A stretch of 60,957 bases of DNA, counting the filler. It is 5 parts of 5 records of this genome, joined end to end, with 100 filler letters (N's around TTAATTAATTAA, not from the genome) between each part and the next. Parts side by side here need not be neighbours in the genome. Positions count along the whole stretch, not along the records: positions 54,134 to 60,957 come from SRR31156797_1567; 4 more parts are not named here. The stretch is one strand, 5' to 3'. Position numbers and translations under genes: made by a program. Below are positions 59,095-60,957 of this stretch, one piece after another (position 1 is the first letter of the stretch; every line of letters begins with the position of its first letter). The notes beneath the pieces are model-generated. The model had not been told where the DNA came from. It searched no databases and was given only the letters and a program-made list of their open reading frames with translations.

Positions 59095-59424
59095 AGGACA
59101 CAAATGTAACTTTTTGTATTTACATAAACAAATCAATTACCCTATAATTTTTTCTTTTAGCTCATTTTTGTCTTTTTGTACCAGTCTTGACAATAGAAGA
59201 AACATATTCTCTATGTATTATACTCATCAAAAAAAAGCATATTAGATTCATTAAATGCTGTTGGGATTTGTTTAACCAGATAAGAATAACCCTGGAAGAT
59301 TTGAGAAAAGACTCAGGTTAATCAATGAAGAAATGCATAATAATAATATTCAATGAAATAGGTTTATATTAAGATAAGAGGCCCCCTTTTACATACAGGA
59401 AGTTTTTATGGTGTAATTTGGAAC

Positions 59425-59460
59425 AAAAAAACAGGGAAGTTAATATCATTACTCCCCTGT
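59425..59460 (-). terminator. Terminator of the XRE gene
   Basis: Minus strand ACAGGGGAGT...ACTTCCCTGT followed by a T-tract. Confidence 0.7.
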
Positions 59461-59493
59461 TGTCTTATTATATAACTAGACTACCTATGCTAA

Positions 59494-59913
59494 TTAACGA
59501 TGTTTGTATGTAGTAAATGTACCATCGTTAAATAAAATGATCATTCTATCAATTTCTGTATTATTATCAGGAATATTATTACTATCAATTTCTTTAACTG
59601 AAACCTCTTCAGTATCTATTTCCTTTGTTTCAATTTTGGTATCATTAGAAACCGGTTCATTTAAAATAAGCTGCTCTGGTACTTTTCTCCTGTTATTTTC
59701 ATCGTTTGCAATCATTTCTCCCTCACCAGTAAGTAACCAACGTGCGTTTAAATCAGGAAATGTTATTAATAATTTTTCTATAAAAGCGGCACCAGGTTTA
59801 TTTCTACCGTTTAATATGTGAGAGATGTTAGATCGCTGAACATCAAGAGCTACAGCAAGTTCTCCTGCTGTTATTCCTTTTGTATCAATAAATTTTTTAA
59901 TTCGATCTTTCAT
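59494..59913 (-). CDS. XRE/Cro-family HTH regulator (Bacteroidota conserved type)
   Basis: ELAVALDVQRSNISHILNGRNKP, WLLTGEG and C-terminal IDRMIILFNDGTF. Confidence 0.88.
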   Translation of the reverse strand: MKDRIKKFIDTKGITAGELAVALDVQRSNISHILNGRNKPGAAFIEKLLITFPDLNARWLLTGEGEMIANDENNRRKVPEQLILNEPVSNDTKIETKEIDTEEVSVKEIDSNNIPDNNTEIDRMIILFNDGTFTTYKHR

Positions 59914-59975
59914 CTAAGTGTGTCTTATAAATACATTTGTTATGCGTCCAACATATCTTATGTAACCTTCAAACA

Positions 59976-60007
59976 CAAATGTAACTATAATATTTGTTTT
60001 TTGCAAT
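59976..60007 (-). promoter_or_regulatory. Bacteroidota promoter of the XRE gene
   Basis: ATTG-N20-TACATTTG. Confidence 0.55.
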
Positions 60008-60957
60008 TCTTTCTTTAATAAAACAGAGGTAATCAAAGACATTTAAACCTTACACAGGCACACTAAAAAAGCTTTATGTAAATATTGCATATTGTTGATA
60101 TATAGCCAAGTAAGATGATATTATTGGGTATTTATAAGCCGTTTAGGCAGAAAACGATCTAAAAGCGATAATCAACATTGCATAATCTATGTATATAACT
60201 GGTATATAGGATATTATAGAATCATTCAGGCTTTGTATAAATATACAAAAGATAGTTTGTGTATATTTTTAACCAACCTATGCCCTATTTTTTTATTGTG
60301 AATTAGATATACAATTCTGATAAGTTTGTTATTAATACGTAAATTACAATTGTAATGTTTAATATTGGGGTTAATCTGTGGTTTACATATGTGTCTTTTA
60401 TGGCTTCTGGTATTAACTTTGGCAGTAACTATTGTATCAGATTGAACTTTACAAATGTGACGACAGTAATGTTTGTGCAGATTGATTATAGCTATTTTAA
60501 TTCATTTGGAAAAGACTTCATTCTCCTCTTCTTTTATCTTATTAATTGTAAGAAAGAGAAAAATGGTTGATATCGGATATTACTTCTTTGGCAGAAAAAA
60601 ATTACTCAAATGTTCTCACTTTTTGCTTCAGCATTTTTAATGGATATTTCTGTCGTAGAATTAAATAATCGTGGATCACATATCAAGTCATTAAAATAAA
60701 ACGAATCTCAGTGGCTTAAAAATGGAAATAATATTATGCTATGCCCTATTTATAAGACACTTAAGCACTAAACACATAAATACGTTTTTTGGATCAGAAA
60801 AATTGGAAGACTATTAATTTACGACAGCAGCGTAAAATTTTGGATACTAAATCCCATTTTCATCATATTCTGTGATATTGTTTTTAAAGTGACGTGAAAT
60901 CAATGGAAAAGAGAAAGTCAAAAGCAAAATCATCAATTTCATTTAAGTAAGAAGCTC

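Noticed and set aside
59941-59968. dif-like 11-6-11 sequence TATGCGTCCAA-CATATC-TTATGTAACCT
   Set aside because: Only 14 of 22 arm positions match E. coli dif, the inner inverted repeat is poor, and it lies in a promoter region.
1-60957. rRNA, tRNA, IS/transposase, integrase or prophage structural genes
   Set aside because: None recognised anywhere in the window.

Overview
The window is not one locus. It is five contigs joined by artificial 100-bp linkers (44 N + TTAATTAATTAA + 44 N), so gene adjacency across linkers has no meaning. Taxonomic labels are inferred from protein style and promoter motifs. Contig 1 (1-13118, Arcobacter-like Campylobacterota) carries a dialkylresorcinol (darAB) and aryl-polyene/flexirubin-type gene cluster, cut off at the contig end. 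Contig 2 (13219-20987) looks like a plasmid or secondary replicon. It has type Ia parAB, a perfect sigma70 promoter, four 17-bp parS-like palindromes, a KAP-type NTPase bracketed by 21-bp inverted repeats, a frameshifted PUA/EVE-like (probably HNH) gene and a nuclease fragment. Contig 3 (21088-41105, low-GC organism, possibly Fusobacteriota or Bacillota) is a hexuronate-utilisation region running from the end of kduD to the start of uxaC. It holds two divergent YesM/YesN + TRAP modules, plus MFS and MarR-MATE genes. Contig 4 (41206-54033, Arcobacter-like) has an SQR-like oxidoreductase with DUF1641 and a two-component system. It also has an MNIO (DUF692) RiPP cluster whose secreted precursor carries four G[SA]CGAGKCG repeats, next to yceI and a divergent CrdRS/DccRS-like system. 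Contig 5 (54134-60957, Bacteroidota) has 2-oxoacid dehydrogenase E1/E2, pyrD/pyrK and an XRE regulator. Its ORF-free 1 kb gap contains three tandem promoter-hairpin units, a candidate sRNA cluster. The best leads are the MNIO RiPP locus, the candidate sRNA triplet, the parS/operator architecture and the DAR/APE cluster. No database searches were run; all family calls come from recognised motifs.
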